From Neptuniibacter sp. (lineage in GTDB: Bacteria; Pseudomonadota; Gammaproteobacteria; Pseudomonadales; Balneatricaceae), in assembly GCA_024686055.1 (NCBI GenBank), contig JAIBDV010000001.1, positions 1 through 36,831 on the forward strand: a stretch of 36,831 nucleotides of DNA, given 5' to 3'. The translations under genes and the position numbers were made by a program. Positions 21,319 through 30,306 of the stretch are shown here, in pieces (position 1 is the first letter of the stretch; each line of letters opens with the position of its first letter). The notes beneath the pieces were generated by a model. That model made no database searches, was not told the DNA's origin, and saw nothing but the letters and a program-made list of their open reading frames with translations.

Positions 21319-22323
21319 TTATGCCTGAAGTCGCTCAGCCAGTGCCCGAGCAGCAACCAGCTGCGCCTCATCAGGCACAGCCACCTCACGAGCTCGCATA
21401 CCTGTAATTCTCTCAGACCCCGAATGCTGTTGCTGCTTCAACCAGGCTAACACCTCAAGTGCTGCCGGGCGGTTATTACACACCAGTAACATATCGCAAC
21501 CCGCTGCCAATGCCTGACTCGCGCGCTCTGTGTAGCCACCGGCAACGCTGGCACCCTCCATGGTCAGATCATCACTAAAGATAACCCCTTCAAACCCCAA
21601 CTGCTGGCGCAACACCTGCTGTAGCCAGAATGATGAGAAACCTGCGGGTGATGGATCTACAGCCTGATAGATAACGTGAGCTGGCATAATCCCTGCCAAC
21701 CCATCACTAATCAGTCGCGCAAAAGGCAGCAAATCCTGACGCTCTATCTCAGCCAGCGGTCGCTCATCAACCGGCACCGCCAGATGGGAATCAGCCGCCA
21801 CCCAGCCATGCCCCGGAAAATGCTTACCCGTGGCCGCCATTCCCGCTGCCGACATCCCAGCCATAAACGCGCCCGCCAGATCGACCACCTGATCAGCATC
21901 AGCTGAAAAGGCTCGATTACCGATCACTTCAGAACGACCAAAATCCAGATCCAGCACGGGCGCAAAGCTGATATCAATACCCAGCTCACACAGCTCCCAG
22001 GCCATTAACAGCCCCAGCAGGCGCGCCGCTTTATGCGCCTCGCCCACATCTTTTTGCGCGAGTTCGCCAAGCACAGACATCGGTGGCAGTAACGACACCT
22101 GATCTTTGAGGCGTTGAACCCGCCCCCCTTCCTGATCAATTGCAATCAGCATCGCTGGTGCAACCGCACGGATCGATGCCACCAGCGCTTTTAACTGAGC
22201 GTAGCTTTCGATGTTACGCCCAAACAGAATCAGACCACCAACTTCAGGCTGTCGAAGCAGCTCACTCTCATCATCCGTCAGCACTAGCCCCTCAAGGTCA
22301 AGCATCAGTGCGCCAGCTTGCAT
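21319..22323 (-). CDS. nagZ: Beta-N-acetylhexosaminidase (GH3)
   Basis: IDQEGGRVQRL, KHFPGHG...DSH and FSDDL. Confidence 0.96.
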   Translation of the reverse strand: MQAGALMLDLEGLVLTDDESELLRQPEVGGLILFGRNIESYAQLKALVASIRAVAPAMLIAIDQEGGRVQRLKDQVSLLPPMSVLGELAQKDVGEAHKAARLLGLLMAWELCELGIDISFAPVLDLDFGRSEVIGNRAFSADADQVVDLAGAFMAGMSAAGMAATGKHFPGHGWVAADSHLAVPVDERPLAEIERQDLLPFARLISDGLAGIMPAHVIYQAVDPSPAGFSSFWLQQVLRQQLGFEGVIFSDDLTMEGASVAGGYTERASQALAAGCDMLLVCNNRPAALEVLAWLKQQQHSGSERITGMRAREVAVPDEAQLVAARALAERLQA

Positions 22324-22326
22324 AAC

Positions 22327-22812
22327 TTACTCCTCAATAAAAACAGATACCCCAGCCGACACCTGATCAAACAGATCAATCAGGTCTGCGTTACGCATAC
22401 GAATACAGCCATGGGATTTCGGAATACCCATCGGTTCAGAGCCCGGGGTTCCGTGAATATAGATATAACGACGCATGGTATCCACCTGACCCAGGCGATT
22501 AACACCCGGCTCACAACCAGACAACCAGAGAATACGACTGAGAATCCAGTCTCGTTGAGGAAACGCCTTCCCCAGCTCAGGAGAATAAATTTCCCCGGTA
22601 AAGCGGCGACCAACGAAAACGGCGTTCGCTGGCAAGCTGGCACCAATACAGGCACGCACGATATGCGTACCACGAGGGGTACAGCCACTCCCTTCTCGCT
22701 CACCCGGTCCATTCAGCGCCGTGGAAACAGGCCAGCAACACAGCGACTGTCCATCGCGCCACAGACACAACTGCTGACGGGAAATGGAAATAATCAGCTT
22801 TAACGAATCCAC
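22327..22812 (-). CDS. YkuD (L,D-transpeptidase) family protein without signal peptide, ElsL-like
   Basis: IYIHGT...SHGCIRM catalytic motif and RDWILSRILWL. GTG at 22812 lies just after the psrA stop (GTG at 22845 is an alternative). Confidence 0.88.
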   Translation of the reverse strand: MDSLKLIISISRQQLCLWRDGQSLCCWPVSTALNGPGEREGSGCTPRGTHIVRACIGASLPANAVFVGRRFTGEIYSPELGKAFPQRDWILSRILWLSGCEPGVNRLGQVDTMRRYIYIHGTPGSEPMGIPKSHGCIRMRNADLIDLFDQVSAGVSVFIEE

Positions 22813-22813
22813 A

Positions 22814-23470
22814 TCAGATCCGGCAAAAGTAGGTACGATCAGCACGTGCCTGCAGACCCGCCGTTAGTACCGGCACCATCCGGTGCAGTACGCGCTCAAC
22901 CTCAGTATCACCTTCGTACTCACCCCGTTCAAGGGCGTGCAAGGTATGCAGGTTCGAGAGCGTAAAGGTTATGGAGCCCAGCAGAAAATGCAGCCGCCAG
23001 AAGAATTCATCCGCTTCCATTGGCGCAGCATCCTGACGCATCAGCTCAATATACAACTGCACTCTGGAACTATAACGCTCGATCAGAAAGTCCCGCAGAT
23101 CCTGCTGGTTCTTCATATACGCCAGATCAAGCAAACGCATAAATACCGATAGCGCGTGGTCATTGTCGTGGTTCACCCCCAACAACGCCCGCATCAATAT
23201 TTCAATCAGCTCTTCCAGCGCAATGGATTGCTTTGATGCCGCCTGCCGCTGATCAAGTGCCTGCTCGATGTTCTGACACAATGGCCCAAGAAACTTCTCG
23301 GCGACCGCCTGGATCAGACCTTTTTTAGAGCCAAAGTGGTAGTTGACCGCCGCAAGATTAACATCCGCACGCGCTGTAATCTGTCGTACAGTTGTCTCTG
23401 TAAAGCCTTGTTCAGCAAACAGTGTTTCGGCTGCCCGAACAATATTTGCTGCAGTCCCTGTATACTGCAT
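22814..23470 (-). CDS. psrA: TetR family regulator PsrA
   Basis: VNLAAVNYHFGSKKGLIQAV, LSVFMRLL and FWRLHFLLG recall Pseudomonas PsrA; conserved position upstream of nagZ. ATG at 23470 with GAGGT RBS. Confidence 0.85.
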   Translation of the reverse strand: MQYTGTAANIVRAAETLFAEQGFTETTVRQITARADVNLAAVNYHFGSKKGLIQAVAEKFLGPLCQNIEQALDQRQAASKQSIALEELIEILMRALLGVNHDNDHALSVFMRLLDLAYMKNQQDLRDFLIERYSSRVQLYIELMRQDAAPMEADEFFWRLHFLLGSITFTLSNLHTLHALERGEYEGDTEVERVLHRMVPVLTAGLQARADRTYFCRI

Positions 23471-23548
23471 TCCCGACCTCAAAACACCGTTAAGAACCTC
23501 AGGTGAGCCAGCAGACTACACCTGATGATTAAACCCAAGCCATACCTT

Positions 23549-24646
23549 TTACCGACTCAGAAAGCGCGCCTTCAAACCCTGCTCCCAGATACGGGTAAAC
23601 GCACGATCCAGCGCGTGAACACCCATATCAGCAATGCGTTCCTGTAACGTCTTCTTCATTTCGTAACGCACGATAAACACGTCAGAGGATTCACACGCCT
23701 CCATCAAGTATTCATCGGATGTAATCAATCCATCTACCAGCTTCACATCCAGCGCCCGTTTACCGAACCAGATCTCGCCCGTAGCAACCTTCTCGATATC
23801 AAGCTGACTCCGATACTCCGACACAAAATCTTTGAAAAGCTCATGGGTGTCTTCAAGCTCCTCAACAAATTTCTCCCGACCTTTATCAGTGTTCTCACCA
23901 AACATGGTCAGCGTGCGCTTGTATTCACCCGCAGTCAGAATTTCCACATCGATATCATGTTTTTTCAGCAGGCGGTAGAAGTTCGGCATTTGAGCAACAA
24001 CGCCAATCGATCCAATCACCGCAAACGGGGCTGCCAGCAACTTATCCGCAAGACAGGCCATCATGTAGCCACCACTGGCCGCAACCTGGTCAACACACAC
24101 CGTCAGAGGAATACCTTTACGCTTGATCCGCTCCAGTTGCGAGGAAGCTAGTCCGTATGCATGTACCAGCCCACCCGGGCTCTCCAGCCGGATAACCACT
24201 TCATCACGCTCATCCGCCAGCATCAACACTGCACTGATTTGCTCACGCAACTGCTCAACTTCAGAGGCATGCATATCGCCATCAAAATCCAGTACGTAGA
24301 AACGTTTAGCACGTTCAGCTTCGGCCTCATCGTCTATTTTAACCACGCCTTTTTTCTTGAGCGCTTTCAACTCTTTCTTACGGGCCTTCTCGTCAGCTTT
24401 TTCCTGCTTCCGCTCTGCTTTGAGCTGCGCTTTGTAGTCAATTTTATCCAGCACCGCTTCTTCGAGGCAGTGGCGCATATCTTCAAGCTCGTCGTTGAGG
24501 CAAACCACCTCGATATCACCCTCACTGGACGATTTTCGACTGGATGACGCTGCCATCACAATCCCGGCAACCGCAAGTACCACTGCAACGACTACCGTAA
24601 TTGCTTTAGCAAGGAAAAGACCATATTCGGCCAGAAATTCAGTCAC
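23549..24646 (-). CDS. sohB: S49 family inner-membrane protease SohB
   Basis: EYGLFLAK, LESPGG, VAASGGYMMAC and TAGEYKRT. Confidence 0.95.
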   Translation of the reverse strand: MTEFLAEYGLFLAKAITVVVAVVLAVAGIVMAASSSRKSSSEGDIEVVCLNDELEDMRHCLEEAVLDKIDYKAQLKAERKQEKADEKARKKELKALKKKGVVKIDDEAEAERAKRFYVLDFDGDMHASEVEQLREQISAVLMLADERDEVVIRLESPGGLVHAYGLASSQLERIKRKGIPLTVCVDQVAASGGYMMACLADKLLAAPFAVIGSIGVVAQMPNFYRLLKKHDIDVEILTAGEYKRTLTMFGENTDKGREKFVEELEDTHELFKDFVSEYRSQLDIEKVATGEIWFGKRALDVKLVDGLITSDEYLMEACESSDVFIVRYEMKKTLQERIADMGVHALDRAFTRIWEQGLKARFLSR

Positions 24647-24760
24647 GCACCGCTCTCCCGTTTGATGACGGTATTCACAAAATGACGCCTAATGTAACAT
24701 AAACGCCAGCGGCCACAGAACCGCTGATATACCCAAGTTACGTTTTTAGCCCCCTCAAGG

Positions 24761-24843
24761 GTGAACAGGCGTTTGATACTTTGATCTACCGCAGAAGTTA
24801 CCGCTACATCGTAACACTGTCGTATTCTTCAAACGGCGTCGAA
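24761..24843. promoter_or_regulatory. Two imperfect PsrA-like boxes in the sohB/SCP2 divergent region
   Basis: GTGAAC-AGGC-GTTTGA (24761-24776) and TCAAAC-GGC-GTCGAA (24829-24843) compared with the consensus CAAAC-N2-4-GTTTG. Confidence 0.4.
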
Positions 24844-24874
24844 CGACGTCATAGCTGCAGGTCTGACCCGAAAC

Positions 24875-25213
24875 ATGAGCAATCCGATTACCGTTGACCA
24901 AATTATCAACAAGTTCCCATCCCGTTTTGTTGCAGAAAAAGCAGTCGATTTCAGCGCTGTTTTCCAGTTCGAACTGGAGGACGACACTGACTTTTACCTG
25001 GCCATTGCCGATCAGCAGTGCCAGGCAATCAAAGGAGAGCATGACGACCCGAACATTACCCTGATCATGAACGCCGCAACCATGATCGAAGTCGTCAATG
25101 GCGAACTGGATGGCATGAGTGCTTTTATGCAGGGCCGACTGCGTGCGGAGGGTAACTTGCTACTGGCACCAAAGCTGGGCGAACTGTTCTCCCACGACAA
25201 TCAGAACGATTGA
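24875..25213 (+). CDS. SCP2 sterol/lipid-binding domain protein
   Basis: VFQFEL and GELDGMSAFMQGRLRAEGNLLLAPKLGELF. Confidence 0.9.
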   Translation: MSNPITVDQIINKFPSRFVAEKAVDFSAVFQFELEDDTDFYLAIADQQCQAIKGEHDDPNITLIMNAATMIEVVNGELDGMSAFMQGRLRAEGNLLLAPKLGELFSHDNQND

Positions 25214-25631
25214 TACCCACAGGGCTGACACAGACACCGTGCCTCAGTCCTGCCTCGCTCCACACAAACCCTAGAATGTTATTCAATTGATCCACAGCAA
25301 ACAGGTCTCATTTTTTCGCAAAAACTTAATAAAACAAAAACACCATAATTAATCACAGTCGTTATTAATTAATCCTGTAACTATTCCCGTAACAGGATAA
25401 TGAGCGTTTAGTCAGTGAGGGAATCATCCTCCCGGCTTAAGCGTTTGATATCCCCCTGACACGAACTATATATAAGTATATGTAACGTCGTTTTCTGGCC
25501 CTTTTTTGTATTAAAACTGCCAGATTACACAAGCAACGCTCTTTTGATTTGGGGTTCCAACTGCTAGTCTAGCAGTCGCTTGCGAAAGGCAAGTCCGTTC
25601 TAACGTGCTCTGGCTATAGGAAGAACAATAC

Positions 25632-27137
25632 ATGACCAATACGCTGCCCCAGGCGTTTGTACGTAACTTTTTGGGCAACTCGCCTATTTGGTATAAGCAG
25701 GCCATTATCGGATTCCTCATCCTGAACCCAATACTCCTGTATACCGTTGGCCCTGCTATCACTGGCTGGTTGCTGATTTTTGAGTTTATATTTACGCTCG
25801 CACTTGCGCTTAAATGCTACCCGCTCCAGCCTGGCGGCTTGCTGGCTATTGAGGCAATCATAATCGGCCTTGCCAGCCCAGAAAGCGTTTCTCATGAAGT
25901 AGAATCGAATCTGGAAGTTATCCTGCTACTGATGTTTATGGTTGCAGGCATCTATTTCATGAAGAGCATGCTGCTGTGGGTATTTACAAAATTCCTGCTA
26001 AAGGTTCGCTCAAAAATTCTGCTGTCGCTGATGTTCTCTTTCTCGGCAGCATTCCTGTCGGCATTCCTTGATGCACTGACCGTGACTGCGGTTCTGATCA
26101 GTGTCGGCGTCGGCTTTTATGCCGTGTATCACAAAGTTGCTTCAGGCACCTCCTTCACCAACACTGATCATGATTACGCCAACGATCAGGGTGTCGGTGA
26201 CACTTACCGTAACGATCTGGAAAAATTCCGCGCCTTTCTCCGCAGCCTGTTGATGCACGGCGCGGTCGGTACAGCACTGGGTGGCGTCTGCACCCTGGTC
26301 GGTGAACCGCAAAACTTGCTGATTGCAGAAAAAGCGGGCTGGGATTTTGTTCAGTTCTTCCTGCTCATGGCACCTATCACCATGCCAGTACTGGCAGCTG
26401 GCCTGATCACCTGTGCCCTGCTCGAAAAAACAAAGACGTTTGATTACGGCTCTGAATTGCCTGATAACGTACGCAGCATTCTGGAAAATTATGCTGCAGA
26501 AGAAGATAAAAAGCGCACCCTGCGTGACAAAGCAATGCTGATAACTCAGGTTGCCGTTGCTATCTTCCTTGTTATCGCGCTGGCATTACACCTTGCCGCC
26601 GTTGGCCTGATTGGCCTGACGATTATCATCCTGCTGACAGCCTTTAATGGTGTGGTTGAAGAACACCAGATTGGTAAAGCTTTTGAAGAGGCCCTGCCCT
26701 TCACTGCACTGCTGGTTGTTTTCTTCACCATTGTTTCTGTTATTCACGAGCAGCACCTGTTCCAGCCGATTATCGCCTGGGTACTCGCTATGGATGTATC
26801 GGCTCAACCCGGCTTCTTCTTCATAGCTAACGGCTTTTTGTCTGCAATCAGTGATAACGTGTTCGTAGCAACGGTGTACATCAACGAGGTTGTCAGCGCA
26901 CTGAACAGCGGCACGATTAGCCGCGAGCATTTCGACAAACTGGCAATTGCAATCAACACAGGCACCAACCTGCCGAGTGTGGCAACCCCGAATGGCCAGG
27001 CTGCATTCCTGTTCCTGCTGACCTCGGCTATTGCCCCACTGGTTCGCCTGTCGTATGGCAAGATGGTCTGGATGGCACTGCCATACACCATCGTGATGAG
27101 CCTCGTCGGCTACACTGCTGTGACCATCGCACTCTAA
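25632..27137 (+). CDS. nhaB: Na+/H+ antiporter NhaB
   Basis: [35 protein letters not shown] and [20 protein letters not shown]. Confidence 0.97.
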   Translation: MTNTLPQAFVRNFLGNSPIWYKQAIIGFLILNPILLYTVGPAITGWLLIFEFIFTLALALKCYPLQPGGLLAIEAIIIGLASPESVSHEVESNLEVILLLMFMVAGIYFMKSMLLWVFTKFLLKVRSKILLSLMFSFSAAFLSAFLDALTVTAVLISVGVGFYAVYHKVASGTSFTNTDHDYANDQGVGDTYRNDLEKFRAFLRSLLMHGAVGTALGGVCTLVGEPQNLLIAEKAGWDFVQFFLLMAPITMPVLAAGLITCALLEKTKTFDYGSELPDNVRSILENYAAEEDKKRTLRDKAMLITQVAVAIFLVIALALHLAAVGLIGLTIIILLTAFNGVVEEHQIGKAFEEALPFTALLVVFFTIVSVIHEQHLFQPIIAWVLAMDVSAQPGFFFIANGFLSAISDNVFVATVYINEVVSALNSGTISREHFDKLAIAINTGTNLPSVATPNGQAAFLFLLTSAIAPLVRLSYGKMVWMALPYTIVMSLVGYTAVTIAL

Positions 27138-27155
27138 GCAAGTCAGATTCAATAT

Positions 27156-27190
27156 AAAAAAAGCCGGTCCTGATTCAGGACCGGCTTTTT
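27156..27190. terminator. Bidirectional rho-independent terminator
   Basis: A-tract, GCCGGTCCTGA-T-TCAGGACCGGC, T-tract between the convergent nhaB and dnaQ genes. Confidence 0.93.
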
Positions 27191-27228
27191 ATTGTTTAAC
27201 CGCCAGGCATTTAGCAAGCAATACCGGC

Positions 27229-27972
27229 TCAGTGTACCGTCGAGTCAATCACCGACAGCTGACGCCAGACCGATTCGCCACCGCATTTCTTATCCAGCAC
27301 TGTGACAAAACTCTGGTGAGCCGCCAGCTCATTGGCATCCGCTTTCAACACGATCAACTCCATATCACTTTGCACCCGGCGAATTTCACCGGACTCGCCT
27401 GCCCCATCATCTCCACCTGAATCATTGGCATCGAGCAACAATGCTGTCTGGCCACCCGTCATCAGCAAATAGACATCCGCCAGAATCTCGGAGTCAAGCA
27501 ATGCACCATGCAGCTCACGGTGCGAATTATCTATGCCGTAGCGCCGACATAAGGCATTCAGGTTATTCTTCTGACCAGGATGTTTCTTACGCGCCATGGC
27601 CAGGGTATCAACGATGGTGCAGATGTCTTCAACCCGCTCCTTGATGCCATTACGCGCAAACTCAGCATTCATAAAACCCACATCGAAGGGCGCATTATGG
27701 ATGACCAACTCAGCCCCACGGATAAACTCAATAAACTCGAGCATAACCTCGCGAAACTTTGGTTTATCATCCAGGTACTCATTGGTGATACCGTGTACCG
27801 AAATCGCTTCAGCCTCAACTTCGCGGTCCGGCTTCACATATTGGTGGTAGTTGTTGCCGGTCAGCTTACGCTTAACCATCTCAACACAACCAATTTCGAT
27901 GATATTATGGCCTTCCTTCGGCTCGATACCTGTGGTTTCCGTATCAAGTATGATCTGACGCTTCACTGACAT
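27229..27972 (-). CDS. dnaQ: DNA polymerase III epsilon subunit
   Basis: LDTETTG, HNAPFD and HGALLDSEILA (DEDDh exonuclease). Confidence 0.97.
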   Translation of the reverse strand: MSVKRQIILDTETTGIEPKEGHNIIEIGCVEMVKRKLTGNNYHQYVKPDREVEAEAISVHGITNEYLDDKPKFREVMLEFIEFIRGAELVIHNAPFDVGFMNAEFARNGIKERVEDICTIVDTLAMARKKHPGQKNNLNALCRRYGIDNSHRELHGALLDSEILADVYLLMTGGQTALLLDANDSGGDDGAGESGEIRRVQSDMELIVLKADANELAAHQSFVTVLDKKCGGESVWRQLSVIDSTVH

Positions 27973-28409
27973 TAACTCCGCAATTCTTTAACACCACGAT
28001 TGGCCAGCTGGTCCGCCAGCTCATTTTCGGGGTGCCCACTATGCCCTTTTACCCAACGCCAGTCGATAGAATGGCCTGTGATCAACTGATCTAGCTGCTG
28101 CCACAGGTCAGCATTTTTCACCGGTGCTTTCGCCGCTGTTTTCCAGCCATTACGCTTCCAGTTTTTCAACCATTGAGTCACACCCTTACGTACATACTGT
28201 GAGTCAGTGGTCAGCACTACATCGCATTGGCGGTTCAGAATCGACAATGCCTCAATCGCCGCACGTAGCTCCATCCGATTATTTGTGGTGTCTTTTTCTC
28301 CACCAAACAACTGCTTCTCAGCATCGCCATAACGCAAAATAGCACCCCATCCACCAGGCCCCGGGTTCCCCTTACAGGCACCGTCGGTAAATATACTAAC
28401 GACTTTCAC
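27972..28409 (-). CDS. rnhA: Ribonuclease HI
   Basis: [24 protein letters not shown] and [12 protein letters not shown]. Confidence 0.98.
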   Translation of the reverse strand: MKVVSIFTDGACKGNPGPGGWGAILRYGDAEKQLFGGEKDTTNNRMELRAAIEALSILNRQCDVVLTTDSQYVRKGVTQWLKNWKRNGWKTAAKAPVKNADLWQQLDQLITGHSIDWRWVKGHSGHPENELADQLANRGVKELRS

Positions 28410-29175
28410 GCGTTTGTCCTCGCGCCCTCGCCGTCGGTTTCGCCAACGGTAAAGACATTAATTGCCGCCGCCAGGCGGGCGTTATCGGCGTCATACCCGC
28501 AATATCTTTGCGCGCAAGCGTCATCAAAAAAGCACCATTGCGTGCAGGGCTGCGCCGAACCCATGATTCAAGAATACCACTACGACTACGCCATTTATCG
28601 CTGGAAAAAGGTGCGCCAAAATAGCCTGACCAGGCCTTCAGTTCCGTCAGTTCCAGCAACGCCAGCCAGTCCTGTAAACGACGATGAGTTAAGAAATTCC
28701 CTCGCCAGGGTACCCGCTCACGCTCTTTGCGTGACAGGCTGCGCTTGAGCCCCCACAGGCTGGCAGGGTTAAACCCAATAACAATCAGGTGGCCACCGGG
28801 ACGAAGTACACGCGCGGCTTCACGTACCACCTGGTGAGGGCTGCGAGCAAAATCAAGAATATGGTGTAACACCACCACATCCAGCACTTCGGATTCCAGC
28901 GGCAGATCATGATGGTCCCCCACCAGACAGCTCTCCACTGATTCAGGTGAAACCCGTGCACACAAGTTATAACAATGATGAATCTGACTGCTGGCTACCA
29001 GCGACTGACGATCATCAACACTGATCTGTAACAGGTGCATACCGTACAACGACGACAAAGCCCGCTCTATCAGCGCTTTCTCAGCAAGCAGCAGCTCTTT
29101 TCCCAGCTCAGTATCAAACCACTGCTGTAATTCAGGAAGCAGTACTTCCAGCGATGGCTGTGATCGGAATGACAT
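28396..29175 (-). CDS. yafS: Class I SAM-dependent methyltransferase-like protein (YafS type)
   Basis: [29 protein letters not shown]; conserved position between rnhA and gloB. Confidence 0.85.
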   Translation of the reverse strand: MSFRSQPSLEVLLPELQQWFDTELGKELLLAEKALIERALSSLYGMHLLQISVDDRQSLVASSQIHHCYNLCARVSPESVESCLVGDHHDLPLESEVLDVVVLHHILDFARSPHQVVREAARVLRPGGHLIVIGFNPASLWGLKRSLSRKERERVPWRGNFLTHRRLQDWLALLELTELKAWSGYFGAPFSSDKWRSRSGILESWVRRSPARNGAFLMTLARKDIAGMTPITPAWRRQLMSLPLAKPTARARGQTRESR

Positions 29176-29326
29176 CCCCTTCCTCCAGAGCTTCGCCCGT
29201 TAACAGGCAGGATATTATAGGGTAATCTGAAAGTCTCCTGACCTGCAGGCCAGGCCCGCAGGTTCAGCACTCAATTGGTGCACCTGTCAATTTTCGCACC
29301 TGTGTATTCGACAGTGAGGTCCTACC

Positions 29327-30097
29327 ATGTTCCAGGTCACGCCCATTCCGGCTTTCAATGATAACTATATATGGGCATTACAAGCGCCAGGGTCAACCCA
29401 TATTGCAGTCGTAGACCCAGGCGATGCAGCCCCCGTCGAGCAATATCTGCAACAGAACGGCCTGAGTCTGGCTGCTATTCTTATCACCCACCATCATGCG
29501 GATCACACCGGCGGCGTCGCGCAACTGGTTGCCAATCGTTCAATTCCGGTTTTTGGCGGCCACCAGTCCTCGTTTGAGGGTGTCACCCAGCTACTCAGCC
29601 AGGGCGATACAGTTGATCTGCTGGGTCTTCAGCTGAAAATCACTGAGGTACCAGGGCACACACTGGATCATATCAGCTACTACCAACCGACGGGTAACGG
29701 TCAGCTGTTTTGTGGCGACACCCTGTTTCTGGCGGGTTGTGGCCGATTATTTGAAGGCACCCCCGCTCAGATGCTGGCGGCCATGCAGTATTTTCGCAAC
29801 CTGCCAGGCAGTACAGAAATCTACTGCACTCACGAATATTCACTAGCCAACCTGGCTTTTGCGCAGGCAGTCGAGCCTGATAACACCGCCATCGCTCAGA
29901 GCATTATAAATTGCCAGCAGCGCCGCGCAGATAACCTGCCAACGCTGCCCAGTACCATTGCCGCAGAACTGCAGATCAACCCGTTTATGCGTACCAACAC
30001 ACCGGATGTTATCGCCGCCGCCGCACGTTTTAACACCAGCCAGGGTGACGAAACTGTAATATTTACCGCTATTCGTGAGTGGAAGAATCAGTTTTAA
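29327..30097 (+). CDS. gloB: Hydroxyacylglutathione hydrolase (glyoxalase II)
   Basis: THHHADHTGG, PGHT, GDTLFLAGCGR and HEY. Confidence 0.97.
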   Translation: MFQVTPIPAFNDNYIWALQAPGSTHIAVVDPGDAAPVEQYLQQNGLSLAAILITHHHADHTGGVAQLVANRSIPVFGGHQSSFEGVTQLLSQGDTVDLLGLQLKITEVPGHTLDHISYYQPTGNGQLFCGDTLFLAGCGRLFEGTPAQMLAAMQYFRNLPGSTEIYCTHEYSLANLAFAQAVEPDNTAIAQSIINCQQRRADNLPTLPSTIAAELQINPFMRTNTPDVIAAAARFNTSQGDETVIFTAIREWKNQF

Positions 30098-30114
30098 TTT
30101 CCCGCGAAAGCTCC

Positions 30115-30157
30115 CGCCCACTGCAACCGCCAACGTGATTGACAGTGGGCGTTCATT
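30115..30157 (+). terminator. Possible terminator hairpin after gloB
   Basis: CGCCCACTG...CAGTGGGCG 9-bp stem with a large loop, followed by TTCATTT (weak U-tract). Confidence 0.45.
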
Positions 30158-30242
30158 TAAACGTCCTGCCCTGTACTGGATCTAATCAGCCTCTGTTCAC
30201 AGCATAAGCCTAAGTATATGGTCACAAGGTTATTAATCCCTG

Positions 30243-30271
30243 TTGACCCTCTATGACCCTGTCCATAGAAT
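30243..30271 (+). promoter_or_regulatory. Sigma70 promoter of mltD
   Basis: TTGACC-17 nt-TAGAAT. Confidence 0.7.
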
Positions 30272-30306
30272 GGCCGATTTACTCTTTCCAACTGTACGGG
30301 AACTTC

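Noticed and set aside
23479-23495. Possible PsrA autoregulatory box CAAAAC-ACC-GTTAAG
   Set aside because: Too many mismatches to support by eye.
27229-29175. Co-oriented overlapping yafS-rnhA-dnaQ, unlike the divergent E. coli arrangement
   Set aside because: This is the usual arrangement in Pseudomonas-like lineages and is not novel.
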